Shown: positions 12,473 to 25,185 of the stretch, piece by piece
Layout of the letters: the number at the start of each line of letters is the position of its first letter
How positions within the stretch are numbered: the stretch's first letter is position 1
NCBI GenBank assembly: GCA_964016885.1
Contig: OZ024742.1
Location: 63,550,001-63,614,000, forward strand
Length of the DNA: 64,000 nt
DNA from: Eledone cirrhosa
Taxonomy: Eukaryota
Reading direction: 5' to 3'
Translations under genes and position numbers: made by a program
The notes under the pieces: generated by a model
The model's database searches: none
What the model saw: only the letters and a program-made list of their open reading frames with translations
Told to the model about the DNA's origin: nothing

Positions 12473-12934
12473 GGGTGTCATATTAAGTTCTGGTATTTAT
12501 ACATTTAGGTAGTGGTAAGGGAGGGGTGGTGGATTGGGGGGTGGGGGAATGGTATTTAGATACATAGGACCACTTCATGGCACAGGCCGTTTTTTCTTTG
12601 GGGAGTGGTCAATTAGCCAGAGTGCTTTTTGAAATAAATAAATAAGTAAATAAATAAATAAATGAATAAATAAATAGATAAATGAATAAATAAATAAAAT
12701 AAATTAAAAAATAAAATAAATAAAAAATAAATAAATAAAAAAAGTAATTCAACAGATATATAGTAGGGAAATTTTTTAGGTGGGTTGGTAATAGAAATTA
12801 AACATTTAACAAGACCGAATCATGGCACAGACTGGGGTGAGTGGTCAAGTTAATATACAAGCCACAGGTGGCCAGAGTGTTTTTGTAGAATGGAAAGAAT
12901 AAAATATATTTACATACTCACAACCACATACAAA

Positions 12935-12959
12935 AAACCTTTGCACACACATACACACC

Positions 12960-13001
<42 letters not shown>

Positions 13002-13092
13002 CACACCTACACATTCACACACACATACACACATATATATATATATATATACACTCACACACATATGTGTGCGTATACACATACACATACAC

Positions 13093-13123
<31 letters not shown>

Positions 13124-13650
13124 TACATACATACACATATATACACAAGAAAAACACAAACACACAAATATACACACACACAAATATACACACACACACG
13201 CATACACATACACACACATATATATCTACACATACACACGTGCGCATACACATACATATATATGTATACATATATATATATAAATATATACACACCTACA
13301 TGTACGTATGTCTCTCTCGTGTAAACTATACTATACATACACATACATATGCACACACATACATACACATACATATACACACAAACACATACATTCACAC
13401 ATATATATATACATATATACACATACACACACACATACATATATAATCTCATATATATATATATATATACTTATATACATATATATATATACATACACAT
13501 ATACATATATATACACACATACATATACACATATACATACACACACATACACATTTACAAGCAAACACGCATGCATACACATACATACATACAAATAAGT
13601 ACACATAAACGCATATGCACAAACACGCACTCGTTCGCACTCATACATGT
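12935..13650. repeat. compound (CA)/(TA) microsatellite
   Basis: dinucleotide low complexity; the overlapping ORFs are artefacts. Confidence 0.95.
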
Positions 13651-15484
13651 GTCTATAATATGAGGTAGTGGGACGAATTTTAAATTTTAAATTTAAACTG
13701 GGCCTGATAGAGGATTAAAATAATTAATGTCACTATTAAGTTATTAATATTATCATCAAGTAATTAATTACTATTTATTATTTATTATCTATTACTTATT
13801 ATTTACCATTCACTATTCGTTACCTATCCTTTATCCTTTATCTATTCATTACCTAATCATTCACTCATAAATTAATAAATAAATTAATGAGTTAACTAAC
13901 AAACAAACAAACAAACAGATAAACAAATAAACCAGTAAATAAGTAAATAAATAAACAAATAAATAAATAAATAGATAAATAAGTAAATAAAGTAACTAAA
14001 TAAATAAATAAAATAAATAAATAAATAAATATACAGTTAAATAGATAAATAAATCATGAACGTGTGCGTGCAGCAGTTCATAACTGCACGTATGCAAACA
14101 TGAGAAGGTATATACGTGAATTTGTGTGTGCGGCCACGGAACTTTACTCAGAGGCATACAACACAATATATAAGACCTGGAGGGGAGGAAAGAAGGTAAT
14201 AATGAGAGATAGAGGGGAGGAAAGAGGGTAATAATGAGAGATGGAGGGACGGAAATGGGATGGGGGCGGGGTGGGGTGGTGATATGGGGGGGGGTCAGTC
14301 GGGGGGCCGGGTGGGTGGGTGGGGGGGGGTCTGTAGTTTTTGTAATTTGCATAGTTCTTGTGCATGCAATTAGGGGAGTGTTCCGAGATCTTGTTGAGGA
14401 GAGGGCCTTTGGCGAATAGAATCTCATAGCTCTCGGAGATACAGAGGTCACAGCAATTATGGCCTCCCGTGTTTGATCGCGCTCTCCGGAGTAGTCTCCA
14501 TTGGGTCTTGAAGGGGATGGAGTTCCTTTTTAGGTGCCAGATGTGGGCGGCGAGTGTAGTCTGGTTAGATTTGTCTGGGCGCCGGAACGAATGTGTGTGG
14601 GCGTACCAGCGAGACTTAAAACTATTAGAAGTCATCCCGATGTACGAGTTTCTTTTTTCATCGGGGCCTGAGAGTACATCGCATGTATACACGAGATCTT
14701 TTTTTAGACAGTTGTTGTTGAGAGGGCAGGTCGTCTTATCAGGGCAATTGCAGTTGCTATCGGTTGCTGGATGGGCTACGGAAAAAGTAGACTTATTTAG
14801 CTTCTTGATGTTGTTGTTGGCTAAGTTTCTAGCTAGATTAGGTGTGGTAGAGTAAGAGAGTCTAATGGTATTCTTATTAAGGATAGTATAGTACCTATGT
14901 TGGGTGGGGAAGTGTTTTTGTAAGAGAGTGAAGAAAATTTTAGCTACAGGTGTTGAAACTTCTCGGTTGAGGGGGGGGGGGGGGGACCAGCTAATGTGCC
15001 TTCGCCTATTCTTCCTGGGTGGGCGTGGGGCTATAGTTAGGTAGGTGATCTTATCTCTAAAGCCGCTGCGGACCAGGGCCTCGTTGTAATAGGGGGCTGC
15101 TGCTCTAAAGATATCTTCATTGGCGGCGAGGCTAGATATCCTAATGGAGACACTTTTTACTAGGTTGTCTAATATATTTTTGGGGTGGTTAGAATTAACG
15201 TCTATATATCTAAGGGATTCATTAGGTTTGTGGTACGGGTAGTAAAGGGAAGTTTCTAAGTCGAGGGTAACGTCTAGGAAGTTAGCTTTAGTTAAGTTCG
15301 AATCTAAGGTAATCCTAAGGCCTAAGTTTTTAAAGAAGGTGTAAAGGTTTTTCCTGAATCCATCCGTGGTCCTGGGGTTGATTTTGTGGAGGGCAAAGAG
15401 GCCGTCATCTCGGTAGAGACCGCCGGAGAGGCCTGTGAAGAGGGTCTATATATATATAAGGAAATATATATATATAAGGAAATA

Positions 15485-15563
15485 GCTATCTGATGAAATC
15501 TACTTTCCGTTGGAAATTCTCTGAATTTCCAATCTTTTGTGGATGGAAACCGCCGGTAATAGC
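15485..15563 (+). ncRNA. hammerhead ribozyme type I with extended stem II (copy 1)
   Basis: GCUAU-CUGAUGA-A AUCUAC..UUGGAAAUUC/GAAUUUCCAA..GUGGAU G-GAAA-CCGCCGG-UA/AUAGC. Confidence 0.85.
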
Positions 15564-15962
15564 ATTATGAACAGGTAGATATTTAAATCATTTTTAATTT
15601 ATTTAAAGGATTGTTTAATGTTTGTTTGTTCTGCTCATCAATTTTTATAGTTCTGGTATCTCTAATTAGTACCATAGAACAACAATTATATTATAGACAC
15701 CCTATATATCTCAATGTGTACTTAGTACTCAATGAGATATTTACCTCATTTTTATATATTCTCCAATCTATGTAGAGAAAAAAATTCGTTGTTGCTTACT
15801 GCTATTTTTTTAGCAGCCAAGCCATCAACAAGTCTATAATATTCCCGCTTGCTCTAGTGGACAGGTCACGTATGGGTCACTTTAACGGCTATAACTCATA
15901 CGAGCTGGTAGTTAGCATTATATTTGCGGACCATGGGACGTATGTCCTATCGAAAGGAAATA

Positions 15963-16041
15963 GCTATCTGATGAAATCTACTTTCCGTTGGAAATTCTCC
16001 GAATTTCCAATCTTTTGTGGATGGAAACCGCCGGTAATAGC
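15963..16041 (+). ncRNA. hammerhead ribozyme type I with extended stem II (copy 2)
   Basis: same as copy 1, with a single change in the distal hairpin loop of stem II. Confidence 0.85.
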
Positions 16042-16119
16042 ATTATGAACAGGTAGATATTTAAATTATTTTTTAATTTATTTAAAGGATTGTTTAATGT
16101 TTGTTTGTTCTGCTCATCA

Positions 16120-16212
<93 letters not shown>

Positions 16213-16230
16213 TGTGTGTGTGTGTATATA

Positions 16231-16499
16231 TAATAATAAAGAAGAAAGACGGTATCACTTGTTCATCCCTATTTATTTTATTATACTTATTTCGAAGACA
16301 TATGTCATTTGTATAATATCTGCCCTACGTGTTTTCTTCCGACAAAAATCCATGCAAGATGTAAATATCCGTTGATATGAGATATTCGTTGATATCCGTT
16401 GATATGAGAACACGTAGGGTAGATGTTATACAAATGAAATACGCATAATAAAATAAATAGGGATGGGCAAATGATACCGTCTTTCTTGTTTATTATTAT
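16231..16499. mobile_element. MITE-like inverted repeat
   Basis: taataataaa..aagaaagacggtatca..atccctatttattttatta mirrored by taataaaataaatagggatg..tgataccgtctttctt..tttattatta. Confidence 0.7.
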
Positions 16500-16997
16500 A
16501 ACCCGCCGAAGTTAACTTTGCCTTTCATCCTTATGGGGTCGATAAAATAAAGTACCAGTAATACACTGAGTAATTGCTGGCCTTGTGCCAAAGTAGAAAC
16601 AATTATTATAATAAAATTCCAGATAAACATAAACTGTTGAGTGTTTGTCATCTCTTATGAAAGAGTCGGCAGATTTTCAATCAACCAACTTTCCTTAGTT
16701 GAATAAATATATGTATGTATATATATATATACGTATATTTTCTTTAATATTGCAACATTAAAGAAATATATCCTTCTGAAAGAATCGCGAGCAATTTATA
16801 ATGTTATTTAAGCATTGGTTATGTTATTTATATATATATTTAAAACATATTTGCTATGTTATTCTACTGTAAATTTATTTATATGCTTTGTATGTATTAT
16901 ATATACACAAATAATGAATCTGTATATTAAAACATCGTTTGTATTATTCAATCAGTTTATTGAACAACTAGAATGCTCATCGTCAAGTACTTTATAC

Positions 16998-17029
<32 letters not shown>

Positions 17030-17152
17030 ATGTATGTATGAATCTATATATATGTATATATATATGTATGTATATCTATATATATGTGTTTATGTATATA
17101 TATGTGTGTATGTGTATATATATGTGTGTATGCATATATGTGTGTATGCATT

Positions 17153-17183
<31 letters not shown>

Positions 17184-17551
17184 GTGTGTGTGTATGCATA
17201 TATGTGTGTGTATGTATATATATATGTGTTTATGTATATATATGTATATATATATATATGAAGATAAATTAACGGAGCCATAGAGTCGCGTTATTCCCTA
17301 TAAATTATGTGCTCAAAGGGAAAGGAATCCTATACATATTGTATATGGATATATATATGCATGTATATATATGTATATGTGTATATATATGCATGTATAT
17401 GTGTATTTATATATATGTATACGTGTGTATGTATGTATATATATGAATGTATATATATATATATATGTATGTGTATATATATAGATGTAATCTGAATTTT
17501 ATAGATGTAATCTGAATAGTATGGTAGAATATTAAGTGTTAAATGTTAATG

Positions 17552-17589
17552 GAACAAGTACTTTCATTCTTTCGCAATCTTCAGGTTCA
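17552..17589 (-). ncRNA. minimal hammerhead ribozyme, left arm
   Basis: UGAAC-CUGAAGA-UUGCGAAAGAAU-GAAA-GUAC-UU/GUUC; palindromic AAGUACUU stem III; stem II has a mismatch. Confidence 0.7.
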
Positions 17590-18510
17590 TATTCTGTGGT
17601 GACAGTCAAGTTTGCAATTTTCAACTGTAATGAGATGGGGAAATTTTGTGCCTTATATACAGTGAAAAGCGGCTACAGAATGGTAAATCTTGCAAACTGT
17701 ATTTCGACCAATTGGTGTGTAGTTTCACTGGATTACTGAAGCTGATTGGTTTAGGCCTCATGGTTGGTTGAGTATGTCTAACGACTTCTATTTGGCTCTA
17801 TCCAAAGCATCAATTGTTTTGCTATTTTTAGAAATGATGTAAATAGCATTTTCTAGGGTTTTTATGCCCCTAAGAATTATTATTGTTCATTTAGCTTGGG
17901 TTGGAATTTATCAATAAAATTATTTTCTTTGATTTTTCTCTTGATTTCACTTGGCCTGTGTAATTTGTAGAATGTAAATATTATAAATATTTTCTAACCA
18001 CATGTTGCTAGATGGTTACTCAGGGGTATCTGACAGACATTTGGGTCTCTGATTTGCTGTCGGTGCATCCGTGCACGTTCCGATAGTGCATTTCCAGTTT
18101 GACCGACATATAGTTCTTCACAATTCGGGCATTTAATGCAGTAAATTAGATTTCTGCTTTTGCAGTTCATATTTGCATTTGGGAATATTTTTCAAAATTC
18201 CAACCCAAGCTAAATGAACAATAATAATTCTTAGGGGTATAAAAACCCTAGAAAATGCTATTTTCATCATTTCTAAAAATAGCAAAACAATTGATGCTTT
18301 GAATAGGGACAAATAGAAGTCGTTAGACATGCCCAACCGTGATGCCTAAACCAATCAGCTTCAGTAATCCAGTGAAACTACACACCGATTGGTCGAAATA
18401 CAGTTTGCAAAATTTAGCATTCTGTAGCCGCTTTTCACTGTATATAAGGCACAAAATTTACCCATCTCATTACAGTTGAAAATTGTAAACTTGACTGTCA
18501 CCACAGAATA

Positions 18511-18549
18511 TGAACCTGAAGATTGCGAAAGCATGAAATTACTTGTTCA
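18511..18549 (+). ncRNA. minimal hammerhead ribozyme, right arm
   Basis: UGAAC-CUGAAGA-U(UGC GAAA GCA)U-GAAA-UUAC-UU/GUUCA; stem III palindrome broken. Confidence 0.7.
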
Positions 18550-18708
18550 ATTAATACTTAACACTTAATATTCTACCATACTATTTCATTCTAATACCAT
18601 TATAATTTTAAAGGATTGTAAATAAAACGAGTAAATTAGACAAAGTTGGAATTCCTTTTATTAATATAATCTTCTATACACAATCATACACACCCGTGTA
18701 TATTTATT

Positions 18709-18742
<34 letters not shown>

Positions 18743-18929
18743 GCTTTTAAGCTATTTTGTAGTATCTCTGTTCAGGAACACACCACTTATATTAAATTTA
18801 TCTCCCTGGAGCTTTGTTATTCTGAGAGATTGGCTACATATATGTTTTATATTTTTTTTTTGTTTAGATGGAAGACAAAACAAAGATGAATACAAAGATG
18901 AAGAAGATAAAGATAAAGATGAAGAACCT

Positions 18930-19858
18930 CACTGCACCGCACTGCACAACACCGCACTGCACAACACCACACTGCACCGCACCGCACTGCACAACACCAC
19001 ACTGCACCGCACCGCACTGCACCACATCGCAGTACACCGCACCACATCACACCACACCACATAAAAACATACAACACTACACCACACCACATAACACCAC
19101 AACACACACACCACTCCTCACTACTCCACTCCACATAAAAACACACCACAACACACCACTCCTCATTAGAACACACCACACTACCCCACTCCACATCACA
19201 CCACAACACAACACACCACTCCTCACTACATCACACCACATTAGAACACACCATACTACTCCACTCCACATAAAAACACACCACAACACACCACTCCTCA
19301 CTACATCACACCACATAAGAACACACCACACTACTCCACACCACATAACACCACAACACAACACACCACTCCTCACTACAACACACCACATAACACCACA
19401 ACACAACACACTACTCCTCACTACAACACTACACACCACTCCTCACTACAACACACCACACTACTCCACACCACATAACACCACAACACAACACACCTCA
19501 CTACATCACACCACATAAGAACACACCACACTACTCCACATAAAAACACACCACACTACATAACACCACAACACAACACACCACTCCGCACTACATCACT
19601 CTACATAAGAACACACCACACTACTCCACATAAGAACACACCACACTACTCCACACCACAACACAACACACCACTCATCACTACAACACACCACTCCTCA
19701 CTACAACACACCACACTACTCCACATAAAAACACACCACACTACTCCACACCACAACACAACACACCACACCTCACTACATCACACCACATACAAACACT
19801 CCTCACTACATCACACCACATAAAAACACACCACACTACTCCACACCACATAACACCC
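18930..19858. repeat. (CACCA/CACTA)n pentamer-based satellite
   Basis: pentamer low complexity; a second block lies at 20873-21485. Confidence 0.9.
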
Positions 19859-19860
19859 AA

Positions 19861-20872
19861 AATTTTTTCCTCATCTTTTTTCATGTGTTATCAACTAATC
19901 TGATCTCCAAGATGTTTGTTATTGACTCTCTCTTCATGGAAAACTTGGTGGATGCACTTCTCTCATTTAACCCCAGAGTTTTCTCTAAGATTTTTCGTAT
20001 GTTATCAACGAATATGACCTCCAAACCAGTTGGAGGGGTAAAGCAGGTGAAAAAACCATTGTCGTTTTGTAGATATATACTCTAATGATTTTTCTTCGGT
20101 CTCCTTTTGAGTACTATCAACTAATCTGACCTTTTAGTTGCTCTCAATCAATTTTTTTTCCTGGGATTTGGAAACTAAAACAAAATTAAACATAAAATTA
20201 AATCTAGCCCCAACCCTAAACTCTAAATCTAAACCAAACCAAGCTAAATCTAAATATAAAAATTACCCCAACCCTTAAACTAAACCCTAAACTATACCCC
20301 AACCATAAAACTAAACCCTAAACATTACCCCAACCCTAAAACTAAACCCTAAACATTACCCCAACCCTAAAACTAAACCCTAAACTTTACCCCAAACCTA
20401 AAACTGAACCCTAAACTTTACCCCAACCCTAAAACTAGACCCTAAACATTACCCCAACCCTAAAACTAAACCCTAAACTTTACCCCAACCCTAAACATTA
20501 CCCCAACCCTAAACTTAACCCAGGGAAATAAGTTGATTGGAAGCATCTAGGAGGTCAGATTAATTAATAGCACAGGAAATATACCGAAAATGATTAAGTC
20601 CCACAACATGTGAGTGGGGTGTAGATCTGCAAAACTCTTCCCCTCTCCCTCTCCTCTTTCTCCAAAGCTAGTTGTTTTTGACTGGTTTGGAAGTCATATT
20701 CACTGATAACGCATGAAAATAGAATCAAAGAGAAAATTCCGAGTAAGCAGGGGTTATCCGGGTGAAGGGGGAACCACCTCACCCCGCCGTTTTCCTGGGG
20801 GGGAAAAGTCAGTTTCAAGCATCTTGGAGATTGGATTAGTTGATAGCACATGAAAAATAGGATGAAAAAATT
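19861..20872. mobile_element. element with nested terminal inverted repeats around a telomere-like ~30 bp satellite
   Basis: aattttttc..tttcatgtg(t/c)tatcaactaatc..ctccaagatg at both ends in inverted orientation; inner inverted pair ~20113/20570; (aaccctaaaactaaaccctaaacattacccc)n at 20210-20520. Confidence 0.6.
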
Positions 20873-21514
20873 TCACATCACACCACATCAAATCACTCCG
20901 CACGCCATCACATCACACCACACCACATCTCACCACACCCCATCACACCACATCTCATCTCACCACACCACATCACTCCACACCACACCACATCACACCA
21001 CACCACATCACATCACACCACATCACATCACACCACACCGCATCATACCACATCACACCATATCTCACCACATCACACAACACCACATCACACCACACCA
21101 CATCAGACCACACCACATCACATCTCACCACATCACATCACACCACACCACATCTCACCATATCACAGCACACCACATCAGACCACACCACATCACATCT
21201 CACCACATCACATCACACCACACCACAACACATCACGTCTCGTCTCGTCTCGCCTCGCCTCATTTCACCACGCCACGCCACATTTCATCACATCACATCA
21301 CATTTCACCATGCCACGCCACATCACATTACATCACATGCCATCACACCACATGCTACCACACTACATCCCACCACACTCCACTACACCATATTCCCCAC
21401 CCTACATTGAACCACACTCCACTCCACCACATTCCACTACACCACACCACTCTCCACTACACTAAACCACACTACACCACACCACTGTCTATTTGACTGT
21501 TTTCTATTTCGTAG

Positions 21515-22518
21515 GTATGTCCAGTTACAGTAAGAGAAAGAAAGTTATTTCAAAGGATCTGAGTAAGTAAACACTTCATTGACCATCATTTTAAGCAGAA
21601 TCTCAGTGTAGTTTTAAATTGACCTTTTCATATGATTACACCTCAGTCTTAACTTAATCACCTGTAGATGGATGCTACATGTAATGTTAAAATTATTTAA
21701 ACACTGTTTCCCCTTTCTCATCACATGTGGATGCTACATGTGTATTGTTAACATTAATCTAACGTTGTGCCCCCCCCCTCCCACCTCACCATATCATACC
21801 ACACCACATCACACCATGTTGTACCACACCAGACCACATAACACCATGCTATACCATATATATATATATATGAGCTCCCCACTCGTTATATTAACTGTAT
21901 CTCCTCGGTGTTTCGTGAAAGTCTGAGAGATCAGCTATATATTTGTTTACAATTTTTTTTTATATTTAGATGGAAAAGAAGAAAAAGACGACGAAGCAGA
22001 CGACTAAAATGAAAATGACAACAAAGACAAAGAAGACACGGGAAACGAAGATCACGAAAAGAAGAAGAAAGTATGATCTCAGTTCAGTCTAAACCTAATG
22101 ATTTATAGATATGATCTTAGTTCAGTCTTAACCTAATGACCTGTAGATACGATCTATTTAAGTTTAACTTAAACATTCAAAGATATTTGTATATACTTTT
22201 GTTGATGTTTGACATTGTTTTTTAGTTATGAAATAGCTTATAAGCTACATTATAGGATCACAGTGCATGAGCACACTGCTCTTTAAATTAACTTTATCTC
22301 CTCAGCACTTTGTAAAGTCTGAGAGATAGGCAACATCTATGTTTTACATTCTTTGTTTTTGGTATTTAGATGGCAGAGGAGAAGATAAAGGCACAGAAGA
22401 AGTCAAAGGCACAGAAGCAGTCAAAGGCACAGAAGCAGTCAAAGGCACAGAAGCAGTCAAAGGCACAGAAGAAAACAAAGGCACAGAAGAAGACAAAGAA
22501 AATGAACAAGAAGAACAA
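21515..22518 (+). pseudogene. candidate exon remnants of a low-complexity acidic protein gene
   Basis: AG..GTAAGT mini-exon 21515-21562 (MSSYSKRKKVISKDL); paralogous acceptors tttagATGG at 18868, 21970 and 22370 leading into D/E/K-rich frames; in-frame TAA in the 21970 exon. Confidence 0.3.
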
Positions 22519-22532
22519 TTATTATTACTATT

Positions 22533-22725
22533 AGGGCGGTGGATTGGCAGTATTGGTAGAGGGTCGGACGCCATACTTTCCAGCATAGTTACGTCCCTTT
22601 ACGATCTGAATTCAAATCCCGCCGAGGTTGACTTTGCCTTTCATCCTTACGGGGTCGATAAAATAAAGTACCAGTAATGCACTGGAATAATTGCTGGCCT
22701 TGTGCCTAAAGTAGATACAATTATT
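22533..22725 (+). mobile_element. family B SINE
   Basis: ggtggattggcagtattggtagagggtcggacgcc..ttcaaatcccgccgaggttgactttgcctttcatcc. Confidence 0.85.
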
Positions 22726-23029
22726 ACTATTATTATTGTTATTATTATTTGTATTATTATAATCAAACTAAGCCACACTACATCAACCTATACCATACCA
22801 CACCACACTGACAAACATTATACCATACCACATTATCCAACACCACACTACGAAACACTGTACGACCTCACATCAGACCAGGCTATGAAACAATATACCA
22901 TACTACACTATACAACAATAGACAACACCACACAAGACTATGAAACACTATACTTTACCACACTATATCACACCACTCAAGTTAGAGAGGATCAACTTTT
23001 TTCCTGGAAAGTAGAAAACCTAACTTTAA

Positions 23030-25185
23030 GCTAAAACAGAACTTTAAAAATAACACTTACCCTAACACTTGCACTCACACATGCTCTAACAGTGAACTTA
23101 GCGCTAACATGAAAACTAACACAAACACAAAATCTGAAAACTAACGTTAAATAGAAAACTAACACAAACACTAACCTGAACACTAACACTAAAACTGACA
23201 CTAACACTAACCTGAACACCAGCACTAACACTAATACAAACACTAACACTAACCTGAACACTTACACTAAAACTAACATTAGCACAAACATTAGCCTGAA
23301 CACTAGCACTAAAACTAACACTACCATAAACACTAACACTGACCTGAGCACTAACACTAAAAGTAACACTAACACAAACACTAATCTGAAAACTGATACT
23401 AACCAGAAAACTAAGCTAACATTAACTTCAACACTAAAACAAACACTAACGCTAACAGATACTAACACAAATATTAACACAAAAACAAACACTAACACAA
23501 TCTCTAACACTAACCTCAACACTAACACTAAAACTAACATTAACTTGAACACTAACTCTAACCTGAAAATTAAGCTAACATTAACCTGAACACTAACATA
23601 AACACTAATGCTAACACTAACAGAAATACTAATGCTAACCTTAACACAAAAACAAAGACTAACGCGAACACAATCACTAACACTAATGGAAACATCAAAC
23701 ACTAATGCTAACAGAGATACTAACACAAATATTAACACAAAAACAAATACTAACACTAACACAATCTCTAACACTAACCTTAACACTAAAACTAACACTA
23801 ACATTAACTTGAACACTAACACCAACCTGAACACTTACACTAAAACTAACACTAACAGAGATACTAACACAAATATTAACACAAACACTAACACAATCTC
23901 TAACACTAAAACTGACATTAACACGAACATTAACCTGACGCTGGTGTAGATGTAAATACAGACGCTGACGTAGAAGCTAACACAAACGCTGACAGAGACA
24001 CTAATGTAAGCGCTGACGTAGAAGCTAATGCAGATGTTGACGTAGAAGCTAACGTAAACGATGACGTAGATGTTAACGTAGACGCTGACGTAGAAGCTAA
24101 CGTAGATGCTGACATAGAAGCTAACAAAACGCTGACGTAGTTGTTACGTAGAAGCAGGCGTATAAATTAGCGTTTACCTTTACCGCCGAAGCTGATCTCC
24201 AAAACGCAATTGCTGATGCGGATTGCTGAAGCCAAAGCCAAAGCTAACGCTGACGCTAACGCAAATGCTGATGCGGACGCTAAGGCTAACGCTGACGCAA
24301 ATGCTGAAGTTAACACTTACATGGAATATGCAGACGCTGCAATGATGCGGATGCCACAGGAAAGGTTGATGGAAACGCCAATGCTAACGGAAACGCTGAC
24401 GTAGAAGCTAACGTAAACACTGACGTTAACTGAAACGCTGACGCTGATGTAGATGTAAATACTGACACTGACACAGACGCGGTCGGAAACGCTGACGTAG
24501 AAGCTAACGGAAACACTGACGTAGAAGCTAACGTACACGCTGACACAGACGCTAACGGAAATGCTGACATAGATGCTAACGGAAATGCTGACAAAGACGT
24601 TAAAGGAAACTCTGTTGCAAACGCTAATGTGAATGCTGATGCAGATGCTGACGCAAATGCTAACCCCTACACAAATGCAAACGCTGACGCTAACACTGAC
24701 TCAAACACTAATGCAAATGCTGACACTGAGGGAAATGCTGACACTGACACAAGTGCTGACGCGGATGCTAATGATAATGCTGACTCAGAAGCTGACGTAG
24801 ACATAGGCACTGAAACAAACACTAATGCTAACACTAATGTTGACTCAGACGCTAAGGGAAATGCTAACACAATCACTATCACCAATGCAGACGCTGATGC
24901 AAATGCTGACATAGATGCTGACACTTACGCAAACACTAAGGCTAATCCAAACACTAACGCAGATACTAACACCAGTCTACATAGACACTAACACAAAAGC
25001 TTACATAGACGCTTATGCAAATGCTAACACTGATGCAGACAGTAACGCAAACAGTAACTGTAAGAGTAACAGTTACAGTAACACTAACAGTGACAGTAAT
25101 GCTAACAGTAACACAGTCACTAACAATAAACTTACCATTAACAGTAAAACTTACCCTAACACTAACCCTAAATCTAACATTAACC
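23030..25185. repeat. hexamer-based satellite grading (ACTAAC)n > (GCTGAC)n > (GTAACA)n
   Basis: 6 bp periodicity; ORFs broken and compositional. Confidence 0.85.

Larger units (their letters stand above)
12335..15447 (-). mobile_element. 5'-truncated Penelope-like element (Naiad-like): RT C-terminus, GIY-YIG endonuclease and 3' terminal region
   Basis: GLYRDDGL, NFLDVTLDL, HKPN..YI..SNHP, CNCP..CPL..C, VYTC..YIGMT, CDLC..E, CMHKN; ends in (TA)n; interrupted by microsatellites. Confidence 0.92.
15476..16123 (+). mobile_element. retrozyme-like unit: ~169 bp HHR-containing direct repeats, period 478 bp, within (TA)n
   Basis: near-identical repeats 15476-15644 and 15954-16123, each with an HHR; structured non-coding spacer. 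Confidence 0.8.
17515..18585 (-). mobile_element. Penelope-like GIY-YIG fragment flanked by ~390 bp inverted pseudo-LTRs
   Basis: spacer on the minus strand reads NLIYCIKCPNCEELYVGQTGNALSERARMHRQQI..KFQPKLN; arms 17515-17909 and 18195-18585 are reverse complements. Confidence 0.88.

Noticed and set aside
12890-13663. His/Thr/Tyr- and Val/Cys-rich ORFs (also near 17.0, 19, 21 and 36.2 kb)
   Set aside because: Translations of microsatellites
14340-14760. Selenoprotein-type Naiad element
   Set aside because: The conserved Cys positions read as Cys codons; no in-frame UGA seen there
20210-20520. True telomere or chromosome fusion site
   Set aside because: Degenerate ~30 bp units inside an inverted-repeat element, not a pure (TTAGGG)n array
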